Source: Escherichia coli
Lineage (GTDB): Bacteria; Pseudomonadota; Gammaproteobacteria; Enterobacterales; Enterobacteriaceae
NCBI RefSeq assembly: GCF_011045215.1
Contig: NZ_CP049201.1
Length of the DNA: 64,000 nucleotides
Strand: one strand, 5' to 3'
Numbering within the stretch: position 1 is the first letter of the stretch; every line of letters begins with the position of its first letter. The notes beneath the pieces were generated by a model. That model made no database searches and was not told where the DNA came from. It was given only the letters and a program-made list of their open reading frames with translations. Shown here one piece after another: positions 11,433 to 23,143 of the stretch. The position numbers and the translations under genes were made by a program.

Positions 11433-12770
11433 TTAATCTTTGCTTATTGGTGCATCTAAGGGATACGGGTTTTTATGCAGCCGGTTGTAATTCAGCGCAT
11501 ACATGGCGGTGATGACCATCAGGGTGACAAATGACCACATAACCTCTTTCGCCCCGGACCCCACCACGGCCCAGATGCAGTAGAGGAAGGCAATGGTAGT
11601 AACTGCCAGATATGCCGGGCGTGCTTTACCAAAGTGACCGTGTCCGAGCAGCAGTAACGCCGCACAGGTGTAAAGATATGGCACCAGTGTAAAGATGACC
11701 GAGACGGAAGAAACCAGACCGAATTCTTTGGTCGCGTTTGGTGAAATGCTGCTGAGCTGGAAGATGGTCATCAAAATACCGACGATAATCAGCCCCGCCA
11801 CTGGCGTACCCGCTTTATTTACACGGGCAAAAATCGGTGGGAACAGTCCGTCATCGGCAGCGGCTTTCGCCGTTTGACCCGCCAGCAATGTCCAGCCGCC
11901 CAGTGAACCTAAGCAACCCGCAGCTGCGCAGAAGGAAACAATGGCCCCGGCGGTGTCACCCAACGCCATCCGTGCGGCATCACCGAATGGCGAAGCAGAA
12001 ACGCGCAGTGCGGCATTAGGGATCATCCCCATAATCGCGGTGGTGGAGAGCACATAGCAAACGGCGGCAATCAATACCCCACCAATGGTGGCGATAGGGA
12101 CGTTGCGTTTCGGGTTTTTCACCACACCTGCGGCAACGGAGGCACTTTCCACACCGATGAACGACCACAGCGTAACGTTAAGGGTACTTTGAATTGCACC
12201 GAAGGTGCCCAGGCCGCTGACGTTCCATGCCGCCATATAGGTTTCACCACGGAACCAGAACCAGCCAAATACGGCAATCCCGACGATGGGGATCAGCGCC
12301 AGCACGGTGGCAACGGCCTGCACACGGGTGATCATTTTCGGACCGACAATGTTCAGCAGGACGAAGATCCACAGCACCATGACGCAGGTGATGGTTAATA
12401 CCAATGGATCTTTCAGAATCGGGAAGAAGTAACTTAAATATCCTACGCCAATGACCACCATGGCGATATTGCCGATCCAGCAGGCCAGCCAGTAGAGGAC
12501 GTTGGTTTGATAACCGAGAAACGGGCCAAAGCAGCGGCGGGCGTAAGCGTAAGAACCACCAGGACTTGGGTCGAGGAACGACATTTTGGCGTATACCATC
12601 GAGAGCCCCAGCGCACCGATAATCGTCACCAACCATCCATAAATGGCAATCCCGCCAGTGGAGGCCAGGTTTGCAGGTAACAGAAAAACACCTGACCCCA
12701 TAATATTCCCCGACACCATCAGGGTGACGGGGATTAAGCCCACTTTGTGAGCATCAGCATCCGAAGACAT
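11433..12770 (-). CDS. adiC: Arginine:agmatine antiporter AdiC
   Basis: 445-aa APC-family transporter [32 protein letters not shown]... Confidence 0.95.
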   Translation of the reverse strand: MSSDADAHKVGLIPVTLMVSGNIMGSGVFLLPANLASTGGIAIYGWLVTIIGALGLSMVYAKMSFLDPSPGGSYAYARRCFGPFLGYQTNVLYWLACWIGNIAMVVIGVGYLSYFFPILKDPLVLTITCVMVLWIFVLLNIVGPKMITRVQAVATVLALIPIVGIAVFGWFWFRGETYMAAWNVSGLGTFGAIQSTLNVTLWSFIGVESASVAAGVVKNPKRNVPIATIGGVLIAAVCYVLSTTAIMGMIPNAALRVSASPFGDAARMALGDTAGAIVSFCAAAGCLGSLGGWTLLAGQTAKAAADDGLFPPIFARVNKAGTPVAGLIIVGILMTIFQLSSISPNATKEFGLVSSVSVIFTLVPYLYTCAALLLLGHGHFGKARPAYLAVTTIAFLYCIWAVVGSGAKEVMWSFVTLMVITAMYALNYNRLHKNPYPLDAPISKD

Positions 12771-12906
12771 AATTAAACTCCTGCGAAGGCGAGCTTCGTG
12801 ACAATAAATTACGTCATATCATACGCCTGCATTCGATAGTTGAATTATTATCGACCGGGTTATCGCTGATGCCGTTATTAATATAGCTCTTCGTTAAGGT
12901 TAAAAA

Positions 12907-13668
12907 TCAGGCGACAGTGCGTTCTCTGTGCTGACTAACATAATGCAGCGGCGTCATACCGTAGAAGTCTTTAAAGACAGAAATAAAGTACGACGTACTG
13001 TTGTAGCCGCAGGACTGTGATACCTGAGAGATATTTTTACCGTCCATCATTAATTCATTTACGGCATAACGCATGCGGCAGGTGGTGATTATTTGGCTAT
13101 AACTGGTGTTTTCGCTTTTCAGCTTTTTCTTTAACAGACTTGGGCTAAGACATAAACAACTGGCTACCATACTAAGATTCCAGTCTTTGTGAATATCGCT
13201 TTCAATAATTTGATAAACGCTGTCACTTACACAATTACGTAACATATACATCATTAATGAAAGGAATTTTTTACTGTCGAGAAAACGGGATAGCACCGTG
13301 AATAATAATGCGCGTGTTCGTTCCTTTTCTGACTCAGTTTCTGCGGGCATCATGCTGTGTTGCGCGGCAACGCGAAAGACGTCTGGTGTCAGGCATGGCA
13401 GGGTGAGAATGGGCGTAGCGCTACGTTGCCATACTGGTATTTGCGAGAGATCTTTATTCAGAAACCGGAGGTAATCTTTGATGATGTCGTGACTAATATG
13501 AGCAACCAAAGTGTTGTTAAGAGAGGAGACGTCGATAATATTATTTTCACAATTTAATAACGCCATATGGTTAGCTTTAAGGCTAATAGGTTCTTTCCCA
13601 TTCACCCTTATCCAGACATCTTTTTCAGTCAATAAAACAATACAAGGTTGGTCGCTGCAAATCCTCAT
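12907..13668 (-). CDS. adiY: AraC-family regulator AdiY
   Basis: 253-aa ORF with C-terminal AraC HTH; position between adiC and adiA. Confidence 0.93.
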   Translation of the reverse strand: MRICSDQPCIVLLTEKDVWIRVNGKEPISLKANHMALLNCENNIIDVSSLNNTLVAHISHDIIKDYLRFLNKDLSQIPVWQRSATPILTLPCLTPDVFRVAAQHSMMPAETESEKERTRALLFTVLSRFLDSKKFLSLMMYMLRNCVSDSVYQIIESDIHKDWNLSMVASCLCLSPSLLKKKLKSENTSYSQIITTCRMRYAVNELMMDGKNISQVSQSCGYNSTSYFISVFKDFYGMTPLHYVSQHRERTVA

Positions 13669-13992
13669 ACATGTACTCCTGAGTGCGAATAAAAGACCAG
13701 TTCTCGCTAAAGCAAAGCGATACCGGGAAATGGTTATATAATTGTATGATGAATATAAACATGCATAAAAATAACGAGTTTTACTAATATTACAAATTTT
13801 TATAGAAATTTCTCATGTACATATTTTTTTACAGGATAAATAACAGGCAAAAAAAAGCGCGGGGTGGGGCCGCGCAAAAAGTATGACATTTTTGTTTGCA
13901 GCAATTTTTATGAAAACGTTGCCATACTCAAAAGGCCTAAGGCCAGGCGGCGTAATGTTATTTAAACAATTACGCCTTCAGCGGAATAGTGG

Positions 13993-16260
13993 TTACGCTT
14001 TCACACACATAACGTGGTAAATACCGTCAATAATTTCAGTCCCTTCAGTTTCGTGTTCAAATCCAGGGAAATGATGATCCCAGGATTGCAGCGAGCGTAA
14101 ATAACTTACTTGCGGACTGTTTTTATCGCCGAAGTTTTCACCAGACAGCAGCATCGGGATTCCTGGCGGATACGGGATAACTGAGTTTGCCGCGATACGT
14201 CCTGGCAGATTTTCAATGGATACCAGTTCGACATTGTTGTCGACAATCGCGTTGTACGCTTCACGCGGGGTGATTTCCGCCACTGGCAGGCCGGAATAGG
14301 CTTCGTTCAACCGTGCGCCAGGGTTGTTTTCTTTCAGCCAGGCAAACATGGTGTCACCCAGATCGTGAATCCCCATGTTCGCATAAGTGTCAGGATATTG
14401 TTCAACAAGTTCCGGCATCACCTGCGCCAGCGGTGTGTTGGCGTCATAGTGGCGTTTGAAGGAGCAAAGGGTGTTAACCAGAGTCCCCCATTTCCCACGG
14501 GTTACGCCCATAGAGAACAGGAACATAATTTGGAAGTCAGTGGTGCGGGTAGGCACAATGCCGTGGCGACCAAGCCAGGCAGTGACCAGCGCCGCCGGAA
14601 CACCGGTTTCTTCCAGTTCACCATCTTCACCCATTCCCGGAGCAAGGATGCTGACTTTAATCGGGTCGAGCATACTCCAGTTATCCGGAATATCTTTGAA
14701 GCCGTGCCAGCTTTCGCCCGGATGCATTACCCAGCAGTCCTGAACGGTGGTCAGCAGTTTGGTTGGTGCGTCAGCAAAGTCATAGGTTTTGCCGGTTTGT
14801 GGGTCGGTGACGACTTCTTTGTTCCACGGTTTGAAGAACCAGCTACCGTCAGCGGTGAACTCTTTATACAGCCGCGCCATCGCCTGACGGAAATCAACCG
14901 CTTCGTCGATCACTTCCTGCGTCAGTGACAGGCCACTGTTGCCGTCCATCATCGACACCGCCACGTCGTTGGATGCGCAGATGGCATACAGCGGGGAGGT
15001 GGTGGCATGCATCATGTAGGCCTGGTTGAAGCGGGAGAAGTTAATCGCCCCACGACCTTCACGTACATGAATATAAGAGGCCTGTGACAGCGCATTCAGT
15101 AGTTTGTGGGTGGAGTGGGTGGCGAAAACGGTAGGACCGTTGTGATCGCCAGGTTCGCCGCGCATGGCATAGTGATCGGCATAGATCGGGTTGAAACGTG
15201 CATAGCCGTACCAGGCTTCGTCAAAGTGCAGACGATCGGAGGTTTTTTCCAGCAGATCCTGCGCTTCTTTAGCGTTATAACACACGCCGTCATAGGTGCA
15301 GTTGGTCACCACGCAGTAAGACGGTTTTTGCCCGGCTTTGTCTTTGGTCAGCGGGCTTTCACTGATTTTCTTCTGCAAGGTTTCAGGTTGCATTTCCTGC
15401 GGATAGATTGGCCCGATAATGCCGTAGCGGTTGCGGCTTGGCACCATATAGACCGGTTTCGCGCCTGTCAGCATCAAACCTTGTTCGATGGATTTATGGC
15501 AGTTACGGTCAACAACCACGACATCGTTATCGGTCATGCAAGCCTGCATGATGGTGCGGTTAGAGCCGGAAGTACCGACGACTACCGACCAGGAGCGATC
15601 GGCACCAAATACGCGTGCGGCATATTTTTCGCTTTCGCCAAATGCGCCAGTATGGTCAAGCAAAGAACCGAGGGAAGTTCGTTCGATGCCCATGTCGGTG
15701 CGGAACAGATTTTCACCATAGTAGTCATGGTAGAAACGTCCGGCGGGTGTTTTGGTAAAACCAACGCCGCCCTGGTGGCCTGGCGCTGCCCAGGAATATT
15801 CATGGATGTCGCTATATTTCATCAGTGCGCTGAACAGTGGCGGCAACAGCTGCTGGCGGTAGCGGGTCATCGCGGCAACGGCGCGTCCGGCGATAAAGTC
15901 GGCGGTATCTTCCAGAATCCAGGCGAATTCATCGACAAGCTCCAGCAGATCCCTGTCCATTGCGGCGAGGGCTTTTTCCCGATCGCCCAACAGGAAGACC
16001 GGCACGTTTTGTTGGCGCTCATGAAGCTTACTGATCAATTGTCTGACGTTTTGATGTTCGTCCGGATGTTCCATTTGATAGCTGAACATCAGGCAGTCAA
16101 TGGCTTCGTTTGAAGAGAGAATGGCAAAACCATCATCAAAGGAGGTGGATTTAATCACGGTAACATTTTGCTGGCTTAAAGCATCTGCCAGACGCTCAAC
16201 AGCGTTACCGACCCAGGTGTCTTGATGGAGAAACTCGCTTTCAACAATTAATACTTTCAT
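13993..16260 (-). CDS. adiA: Biodegradative arginine decarboxylase AdiA
   Basis: 755-aa Orn/Lys/Arg decarboxylase (PLP-lysine motif STHK), start at MKVLIVESE. Confidence 0.95.
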   Translation of the reverse strand: MKVLIVESEFLHQDTWVGNAVERLADALSQQNVTVIKSTSFDDGFAILSSNEAIDCLMFSYQMEHPDEHQNVRQLISKLHERQQNVPVFLLGDREKALAAMDRDLLELVDEFAWILEDTADFIAGRAVAAMTRYRQQLLPPLFSALMKYSDIHEYSWAAPGHQGGVGFTKTPAGRFYHDYYGENLFRTDMGIERTSLGSLLDHTGAFGESEKYAARVFGADRSWSVVVGTSGSNRTIMQACMTDNDVVVVDRNCHKSIEQGLMLTGAKPVYMVPSRNRYGIIGPIYPQEMQPETLQKKISESPLTKDKAGQKPSYCVVTNCTYDGVCYNAKEAQDLLEKTSDRLHFDEAWYGYARFNPIYADHYAMRGEPGDHNGPTVFATHSTHKLLNALSQASYIHVREGRGAINFSRFNQAYMMHATTSPLYAICASNDVAVSMMDGNSGLSLTQEVIDEAVDFRQAMARLYKEFTADGSWFFKPWNKEVVTDPQTGKTYDFADAPTKLLTTVQDCWVMHPGESWHGFKDIPDNWSMLDPIKVSILAPGMGEDGELEETGVPAALVTAWLGRHGIVPTRTTDFQIMFLFSMGVTRGKWGTLVNTLCSFKRHYDANTPLAQVMPELVEQYPDTYANMGIHDLGDTMFAWLKENNPGARLNEAYSGLPVAEITPREAYNAIVDNNVELVSIENLPGRIAANSVIPYPPGIPMLLSGENFGDKNSPQVSYLRSLQSWDHHFPGFEHETEGTEIIDGIYHVMCVKA

Positions 16261-16458
16261 CATTGCTTACCCGGTTATGAAGGAATCTTCGTTGCGGGCA
16301 AGTATCTTCCGGCCTTTTCGGGCTGTAAAGCGCGTGAAAAACAAACATTTTTGAAATATTTGTTTTTATAAACAATGTGTTATGTGATTATTTTAAATTA
16401 TTTTCACTGCTTATTATCGACGGCTAAACTATTTTTTTGGCTGATACTGATATCGTCT

Positions 16459-17367
16459 TTAGCCGGGAAACGTCTGGCGGCGCTGTTGGCTAAGTTTGCG
16501 GTATTGTTGCGGCGACATGCCGACATATTTGCCGAACGTGCTGTAAAAACGACTACTTGAACGAAAGCCTGCCGTCAGGGCAATATCGAGAATACTTTTA
16601 TCGGTATCGCTCAGTAACGCGCGAACGTGGTTGATGCGCATCGCGGTAATGTACTGTTTCATCGTCAATTGCATGACCCGCTGGAATATCCCCATTGCAT
16701 AGTTGGCGTTAAGTTTGACGTGCTCAGCCACATCGTTGATGGTCAGCGCCTGATCATAGTTTTCGGCAATAAAGCCCAGCATCTGGCTAACATAAAATTG
16801 CGCATGGCGCGAGACGCTGTTTTTGTGTGTGCGCGAGGTTTTATTGACCAGAATCGGTTCCCAGCCAGAGAGGCTAAATCGCTTGAGCATCAGGCCAATT
16901 TCATCAATGGCGAGCTGGCGAATTTGCTCATTCGGACTGTTTAATTCCTGCTGCCAGCGGCGCACTTCAAACGGGCTAAGTTGCTGTGTGGCTCGTGATT
17001 TGATCACCATGCCGTGAGTGACGTGGTTAATCAGGTCTTTATCCAGCGGCCAGGAGAGAAACAGATGCATCGGCAGATTAAAAATCGCCATGCTCTGACA
17101 GGTTCCGGTATCTGTTAGTTGGTGCGGTGTACAGGCCCAGAACAGCGTGATATGTCCCTGATTGATATTCACTTTTTCATTGTTGATCAGGTATTCCACA
17201 TCGCCATCGAAAGGCACATTCACTTCGACCTGACCATGCCAGTGGCTGGTGGGCATGATATGCGGTGCGCGAAACTCAATCTCCATCCGCTGGTATTCCG
17301 AATACAGCGACAGCGGGCTGCGGGTCTGTTTTTCGTCGCTGCTGCACATAAACGTATCTGTATTCAT
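16459..17367 (-). CDS. melR: Melibiose operon regulator MelR (AraC family)
   Basis: 302-aa ORF MNTDTFMCSSDEKQTRSPLSLYSEYQRMEIEFRAPH... Confidence 0.95.
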   Translation of the reverse strand: MNTDTFMCSSDEKQTRSPLSLYSEYQRMEIEFRAPHIMPTSHWHGQVEVNVPFDGDVEYLINNEKVNINQGHITLFWACTPHQLTDTGTCQSMAIFNLPMHLFLSWPLDKDLINHVTHGMVIKSRATQQLSPFEVRRWQQELNSPNEQIRQLAIDEIGLMLKRFSLSGWEPILVNKTSRTHKNSVSRHAQFYVSQMLGFIAENYDQALTINDVAEHVKLNANYAMGIFQRVMQLTMKQYITAMRINHVRALLSDTDKSILDIALTAGFRSSSRFYSTFGKYVGMSPQQYRKLSQQRRQTFPG

Positions 17368-17649
17368 GGATGGCTCTCTTTCCTGGAATATCAGAATTAT
17401 GGCAGGAGTGAGGGAGGATGACTGCGAGTGGGAGCACGGTTTTCACCCTCTTCTCAGAGAGGCTAGGGGACTGTCCGAGCATCATGAGGCCGAAAACTCT
17501 GCTTTTCAGGAAAATTATTCACATAAACTCAGATTTACTGCTGCTTCACGCAGGATCTGAGTTTATGGGAATGCTCAACCTGGAAGCCGGAGGTTTTCTG
17601 CAGATTCGCCTGCCATGATGAAGTTATTCAAGCAAGCCAGGAGATCTGC
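17368..17649. promoter_or_regulatory. melR / melAB divergent promoter region (MelR and CRP binding region expected)
   Basis: Intergenic region between divergent melR and melA; individual sites not mapped here. Confidence 0.6.
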
Positions 17650-19005
17650 ATGATGTCTGCACCCAAAATTACATTTATCGGCGCTGGTTCGACGATTTTC
17701 GTTAAAAATATTCTTGGTGATGTGTTCCATCGCGAGGCGCTGAAAACGGCGCATATTGCCCTGATGGACATTGACCCCACCCGCCTGGAAGAGTCGCATA
17801 TTGTGGTGCGTAAGCTGATGGATTCAGCAGGGGCCAGCGGCAAAATCACCTGCCACACCCAACAGAAAGAAGCCTTAGAGGATGCCGATTTTGTCGTGGT
17901 GGCATTTCAGATTGGCGGTTATGAACCTTGCACGGTGACTGATTTCGAGGTCTGTAAGCGGCATGGTCTGGAACAAACCATTGCCGATACGTTGGGGCCG
18001 GGCGGTATTATGCGCGCGCTACGTACCATTCCGCATCTGTGGCAAATTTGCGAGGACATGACGGAAGTCTGCCCCGATGCCACCATGCTCAACTATGTTA
18101 ACCCAATGGCGATGAATACCTGGGCGATGTATGCCCGCTATCCGCATATCAAACAGGTCGGGCTGTGCCATTCGGTGCAGGGAACGGCGGAAGAGCTGGC
18201 GCGTGACCTCAATATCGACCCGGCTACGCTGCGTTACCGTTGCGCAGGTATCAACCATATGGCGTTTTACCTGGAGCTGGAGCGCAAAACCGCCGACGGC
18301 AGTTACGTGAATCTCTACCCGGAACTGCTGGCGGCTTATGACGCAGGGCAGGCACCGAAGCCGAATATTCACGGCAATACTCGCTGCCAGAATATTGTGC
18401 GCTATGAAATGTTCAAAAAGCTGGGCTATTTCGTCACGGAATCGTCAGAACATTTTGCTGAGTACACACCGTGGTTTATTAAGCCAGGTCGTGAGGATTT
18501 GATTGAGCGTTATAAAGTACCGCTGGATGAGTACCCGAAACGCTGCGTCGAGCAGCTGGCGAACTGGCATAAAGAGCTGGAGGAGTATAAAAACGCCTCC
18601 CGGATTGATATTAAACCGTCACGGGAATATGCCAGCACAATCATGAACGCTATCTGGACGGGCGAGCCGAGTGTGATTTACGGCAACGTCCGTAACGATG
18701 GTTTGATTGATAACCTGCCACAAGGATGTTGCGTGGAAGTAGCCTGTCTGGTTGATGCTAATGGCATTCAGCCGACCAAAGTCGGTACGCTACCTTCGCA
18801 TCTGGCCGCCCTGATGCAAACCAACATCAACGTACAGACGCTGCTGACCGAAGCTATTCTTACGGAAAATCGCGACCGTGTTTACCACGCCGCGATGATG
18901 GACCCGCATACTGCCGCCGTGCTGGGCATTGACGAAATATATGCTCTTGTTGACGACCTGATTGCCGCCCACGGCGACTGGCTGCCAGGCTGGTTGCACC
19001 GTTAA
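17650..19005 (+). CDS. melA: Alpha-galactosidase MelA (NAD/Mn-dependent, GH4)
   Basis: 451-aa ORF MMSAPKITFIGAGSTIFVKN... Confidence 0.96.
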   Translation: MMSAPKITFIGAGSTIFVKNILGDVFHREALKTAHIALMDIDPTRLEESHIVVRKLMDSAGASGKITCHTQQKEALEDADFVVVAFQIGGYEPCTVTDFEVCKRHGLEQTIADTLGPGGIMRALRTIPHLWQICEDMTEVCPDATMLNYVNPMAMNTWAMYARYPHIKQVGLCHSVQGTAEELARDLNIDPATLRYRCAGINHMAFYLELERKTADGSYVNLYPELLAAYDAGQAPKPNIHGNTRCQNIVRYEMFKKLGYFVTESSEHFAEYTPWFIKPGREDLIERYKVPLDEYPKRCVEQLANWHKELEEYKNASRIDIKPSREYASTIMNAIWTGEPSVIYGNVRNDGLIDNLPQGCCVEVACLVDANGIQPTKVGTLPSHLAALMQTNINVQTLLTEAILTENRDRVYHAAMMDPHTAAVLGIDEIYALVDDLIAAHGDWLPGWLHR

Positions 19006-19107
19006 AACGCGACTAAACGCTACTGCGCCGGGGGATTTATTCCGGCGCACACCTCTGACGATACCAATAACAGAAGGCAGGCGTTGGTAACAGCGACCCG
19101 ATACCCT

Positions 19108-20529
19108 ATGAGCATTTCAATGACTACAAAACTCAGTTATGGATTTGGAGCGTTCGGGAAGGATTTTGCGATCGGCATTGTGTATATGTACCTCATGTAT
19201 TACTACACCGATGTCGTCGGGCTGTCTGTGGGTTTGGTCGGTACTTTGTTTCTGGTGGCGAGGATCTGGGATGCTATTAACGATCCGATTATGGGATGGA
19301 TTGTAAATGCTACGCGATCGCGATGGGGTAAGTTCAAACCCTGGATCCTGATCGGTACGTTGGCAAACTCTGTAATCTTATTTCTCCTCTTTAGTGCGCA
19401 TCTGTTTGAAGGTACTACTCAGATTGTCTTTGTTTGCGTGACCTACATCCTCTGGGGCATGACTTACACCATTATGGATATTCCCTTCTGGTCGCTGGTT
19501 CCAACCATCACGCTCGATAAACGTGAGCGTGAACAACTGGTTCCTTATCCGCGTTTTTTTGCCAGTCTGGCGGGCTTTGTTACGGCAGGTGTGACGCTAC
19601 CATTTGTTAATTATGTCGGCGGTGGCGATCGGGGATTTGGCTTTCAGATGTTCACACTGGTACTGATCGCCTTTTTTATTGTTTCAACCATCATCACTCT
19701 GCGCAATGTGCATGAAGTCTTTTCGTCAGACAATCAACCGTCTGCTGAAGGAAGCCATCTGACACTTAAAGCCATCGTTGCGCTTATTTATAAAAACGAT
19801 CAGCTTTCATGCCTCTTGGGTATGGCTCTTGCTTATAATGTAGCCAGCAATATTATTACCGGCTTTGCTATCTATTATTTCTCATATGTTATCGGTGATG
19901 CGGATTTGTTCCCCTATTATCTGTCGTATGCGGGAGCTGCTAACCTGGTGACGTTAGTATTCTTCCCACGCTTAGTTAAATCATTATCCCGACGCATTTT
20001 ATGGGCCGGAGCATCTATTCTTCCGGTGTTAAGCTGTGGTGTTCTCCTGTTAATGGCATTAATGAGCTATCACAACGTCGTCCTCATTGTGATTGCGGGT
20101 ATTTTGCTGAATGTGGGAACGGCGCTTTTCTGGGTATTACAGGTCATCATGGTGGCAGATACCGTTGATTACGGTGAATATAAACTGCACGTACGCTGTG
20201 AAAGCATCGCTTACTCCGTGCAGACTATGGTGGTGAAGGGCGGTTCAGCCTTTGCGGCTTTTTTCATTGCGGTTGTGTTAGGGATGATTGGCTATGTACC
20301 GAATGTTGAACAGTCTACGCAAGCCCTATTAGGTATGCAGTTTATTATGATTGCTCTACCGACTCTGTTTTTCATGGTAACGCTGATTCTCTACTTCCGT
20401 TTCTATCGCCTCAATGGCGACACGCTGCGCAGGATCCAGATTCATCTGCTGGATAAATATCGCAAAGTACCGCCCGAGCCTGTTCATGCTGATATTCCGG
20501 TCGGTGCAGTGAGTGATGTGAAAGCCTGA
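19108..20529 (+). CDS. melB: Melibiose:Na+ symporter MelB
   Basis: Start trimmed to [35 protein letters not shown] (473 aa). Confidence 0.94.
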   Translation: MSISMTTKLSYGFGAFGKDFAIGIVYMYLMYYYTDVVGLSVGLVGTLFLVARIWDAINDPIMGWIVNATRSRWGKFKPWILIGTLANSVILFLLFSAHLFEGTTQIVFVCVTYILWGMTYTIMDIPFWSLVPTITLDKREREQLVPYPRFFASLAGFVTAGVTLPFVNYVGGGDRGFGFQMFTLVLIAFFIVSTIITLRNVHEVFSSDNQPSAEGSHLTLKAIVALIYKNDQLSCLLGMALAYNVASNIITGFAIYYFSYVIGDADLFPYYLSYAGAANLVTLVFFPRLVKSLSRRILWAGASILPVLSCGVLLLMALMSYHNVVLIVIAGILLNVGTALFWVLQVIMVADTVDYGEYKLHVRCESIAYSVQTMVVKGGSAFAAFFIAVVLGMIGYVPNVEQSTQALLGMQFIMIALPTLFFMVTLILYFRFYRLNGDTLRRIQIHLLDKYRKVPPEPVHADIPVGAVSDVKA

Positions 20530-20549
20530 CGTGGACAATGGCTAACGAA

Positions 20550-20660
20550 AATGGCCTGATGCGATATGTTTATCAGGCCACGTCTTAATGTAATGCTTTG
20601 GATTTGCAAATTTTGTAGACCGGATAAGGAATTCACGCCGCATCCGGCATCAACAAAGTG
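20550..20660. repeat. REP/BIME elements downstream of melB
   Basis: REP-type palindromes ggcctgatgcgatatgtttatcaggcc and gtagaccggataagg...cgccgcatccggcatc. Confidence 0.75.
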
Positions 20661-20667
20661 CACGTTG

Positions 20668-21297
20668 TTATCCGGTTATCAAGCCAAAGCGCCGTAGCTG
20701 GCGGCAATGAAAGCGAGCGAGGAATATCACCGTCGTTAATGCGCCAAGTAGCGCGCAGAACATATCGGATTGCGTGTCCCACTGGTCGCCCTGGGTGCCG
20801 AGAAAATCATCCGCTCCCTGGCCCATTGCCAGCGCCGCCCACCACTCGATTAATTCATACATCGCGCTTATCGCCAGCGCCACGCAACAGACCAGAAACG
20901 CCACCATTTTACGTCCGCGAACGTACATCCCGCGCACAAGGATCTCACGTGCCACCAGTGCAGGCACCAGCCCCTGGAAAAAATGCCCCAGCTTGTCATA
21001 CGGATTACGGCTCAACTTCAGCCATTCCTGCACCTCAAAACCAACGGGGACTTTCGCGTAGGTGTATTGTCCGCCGACCATCAGGATGATGGCGTGAAAG
21101 AAAATGAGCGTATAGAGCAGCGGTGTTAACGGATAACGTTTAGCGGTGGCAAGCAGTAGCGGCACGACAATAATCACCGGTGTCACTTCCATCAGCCAGG
21201 TGAGTTTGTCATGGGCCGAAATGCCGGTATAAATGAGGATTAACGTTAGCGCCAGTGCGCCGGTGTTAAGAATTAACGGCTTGAGTGTGCGGGTCAT
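20668..21297 (-). CDS. yjdF: Inner membrane protein YjdF
   Basis: 209-aa hydrophobic ORF MTRTLKPLILNTGALALTLILIYTGISAHDKL... Confidence 0.9.
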   Translation of the reverse strand: MTRTLKPLILNTGALALTLILIYTGISAHDKLTWLMEVTPVIIVVPLLLATAKRYPLTPLLYTLIFFHAIILMVGGQYTYAKVPVGFEVQEWLKLSRNPYDKLGHFFQGLVPALVAREILVRGMYVRGRKMVAFLVCCVALAISAMYELIEWWAALAMGQGADDFLGTQGDQWDTQSDMFCALLGALTTVIFLARFHCRQLRRFGLITG

Positions 21298-21419
21298 GGT
21301 GAGTTCGCAAGTCAGGGAAAATACTGACTATTCACCAGCAAGCGTGAAATTACAATCGCAAAAGAGGTGGCCCAGGGGGATCACCTGGCAGCATGCTGCC
21401 AGGCGCTGGGCCGAAGAGG

Positions 21420-23066
21420 TTACTTAGTGCAGTTCGCGCACTGTTTGTTGACGATTTGCTGGAAGAAGTCGTTACCTTTGTCATCGACCAGGATAAACGC
21501 CGGGAAATCTTCTACTTCGATTTTCCAGATAGCTTCCATACCCAGCTCCGGATAAGCGACGCATTCCAGATGCTTGATGCTCTGCTGCGCCAGTACCGCC
21601 GCCGGACCGCCGATGCTACCGAGGTAGAAGCCGCCGTGTTTATGACACGCGTCGGTAACCTGCTGACTGCGGTTACCTTTCGCTAGCATGATCATGCTGC
21701 CGCCGTGGGATTGCAGCAGATCCACGTAGGAGTCCATACGACCTGCGGTAGTTGGGCCAAGTGAACCTGATGGATAACCGGCAGGGGTTTTCGCCGGACC
21801 CGCGTAGTAGATCGGGTGATCTTTGATGTACTGCGGAAGTTCTTTACCGGCGTCAATCAGCTCTTTCAGCTTGGCGTGTGCAATATCTCGGCCCACGATA
21901 ATGGTGCCGGTGAGCGACAAACGAGTGGAAACCGGATATTGCGAAAGCTGGGCGAGGATCTCTTTCATCGGGCGGTTAAGGTCGACCTTCACCGCTTCGC
22001 CTTCACCGGCCTGGCGCAGTTCTTGTGGAATGTACTGACCTGGATTGTGTTCCAGTTTTTCGATCCAGATACCTTCGCGGTTGATTTTCGCTTTAATGTT
22101 ACGGTCAGCGGAGCAGGAGACGCCCATGCCTACCGGGCAGGATGCGCCGTGACGTGGCAGACGGATAACGCGAATGTCGTGCGCGAAGTATTTACCGCCA
22201 AACTGCGCGCCAAGACCGAGTTTCTGGGCCTCTTCCAGCAGTTCCTGTTCCAGCTGGACATCGCGGAACGCCTGACCATGTTCGTTCCCTTCCGTCGGCA
22301 GTTCATCGTAATAGTGAGCGCTTGCTAACTTAACGGTTTTCAGGTTGGTTTCCGCAGACGTACCGCCAATCACAAACGCGATATGGTACGGCGGGCAGGC
22401 TGCAGTACCGAGGGTACGCATTTTCTCGACGAGGAAGTTTTTCAGTTTGCCGGGAGTCAGCAGGGCTTTGGTTTCCTGGTAGAGATAGGTTTTGTTGGCA
22501 GAGCCGCCGCCTTTCGCAACGCAAAGGAATTTGTACTCATCGCCATCTACCGCGTACAGGTCGATTTGTGCAGGCAGGTTAGTGCCGGTGTTGACCTCTT
22601 TGTACATGTCCAGCGCCGCGTTTTGCGAGTAGCGCAGGTTATCCTCGATATAGGTGTTATAGACGCCTTTCGACAGCGCTTCTTCATCACCGCCACCGGT
22701 CCACACGCGCTGGCCTTTTTTACCGACGATGATCGCGGTGCCGGTATCCTGGCAGGTCGGCAGCACGCCTTTGGCGGCGATTTCGGAGTTTCTTAAGAAT
22801 TGCAGTGCCACGTACTTGTCGTTTTCGCTGGCTTCTGGATCGTGAAGAATAGCCGCAACCTGTTTCTGGTGTGCCGGACGGAGCATGAAAGAAGCGTCGT
22901 GAAAGGCTTGCTGCGCCAGCAGGGTCAGGGCTTCTGGTTCCACTTTCAGGATGGTTTCGCCGTCGAAGTCGGCAACGCTAACGTAATCGGAAGTGAGTAG
23001 ATAGTATTCGGTATTGTCTTTCCCCATCGGGAAAGGTGCCTGGTAGATAAAGGGTTTGTTTGACAT
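21420..23066 (-). CDS. fumB: Fumarate hydratase class I, anaerobic (FumB)
   Basis: 548-aa [27 protein letters not shown]...; adjacent to dcuB, which separates it from fumA. Confidence 0.95.
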   Translation of the reverse strand: MSNKPFIYQAPFPMGKDNTEYYLLTSDYVSVADFDGETILKVEPEALTLLAQQAFHDASFMLRPAHQKQVAAILHDPEASENDKYVALQFLRNSEIAAKGVLPTCQDTGTAIIVGKKGQRVWTGGGDEEALSKGVYNTYIEDNLRYSQNAALDMYKEVNTGTNLPAQIDLYAVDGDEYKFLCVAKGGGSANKTYLYQETKALLTPGKLKNFLVEKMRTLGTAACPPYHIAFVIGGTSAETNLKTVKLASAHYYDELPTEGNEHGQAFRDVQLEQELLEEAQKLGLGAQFGGKYFAHDIRVIRLPRHGASCPVGMGVSCSADRNIKAKINREGIWIEKLEHNPGQYIPQELRQAGEGEAVKVDLNRPMKEILAQLSQYPVSTRLSLTGTIIVGRDIAHAKLKELIDAGKELPQYIKDHPIYYAGPAKTPAGYPSGSLGPTTAGRMDSYVDLLQSHGGSMIMLAKGNRSQQVTDACHKHGGFYLGSIGGPAAVLAQQSIKHLECVAYPELGMEAIWKIEVEDFPAFILVDDKGNDFFQQIVNKQCANCTK

Positions 23067-23143
23067 AGCTTCCAGCCTGTAACTCTGTATTTGTTATTCG
23101 AAAATGGCGTGCCGCGTAGTAACGGGCGGCACGCAAAGTGCAT

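Noticed and set aside
15106-16113. 335-aa plus-strand ORF
   Set aside because: Antisense shadow ORF lying entirely within adiA
20658-21089. 143-aa plus-strand ORF
   Set aside because: Antisense to yjdF with low-complexity Pro/Arg-rich composition
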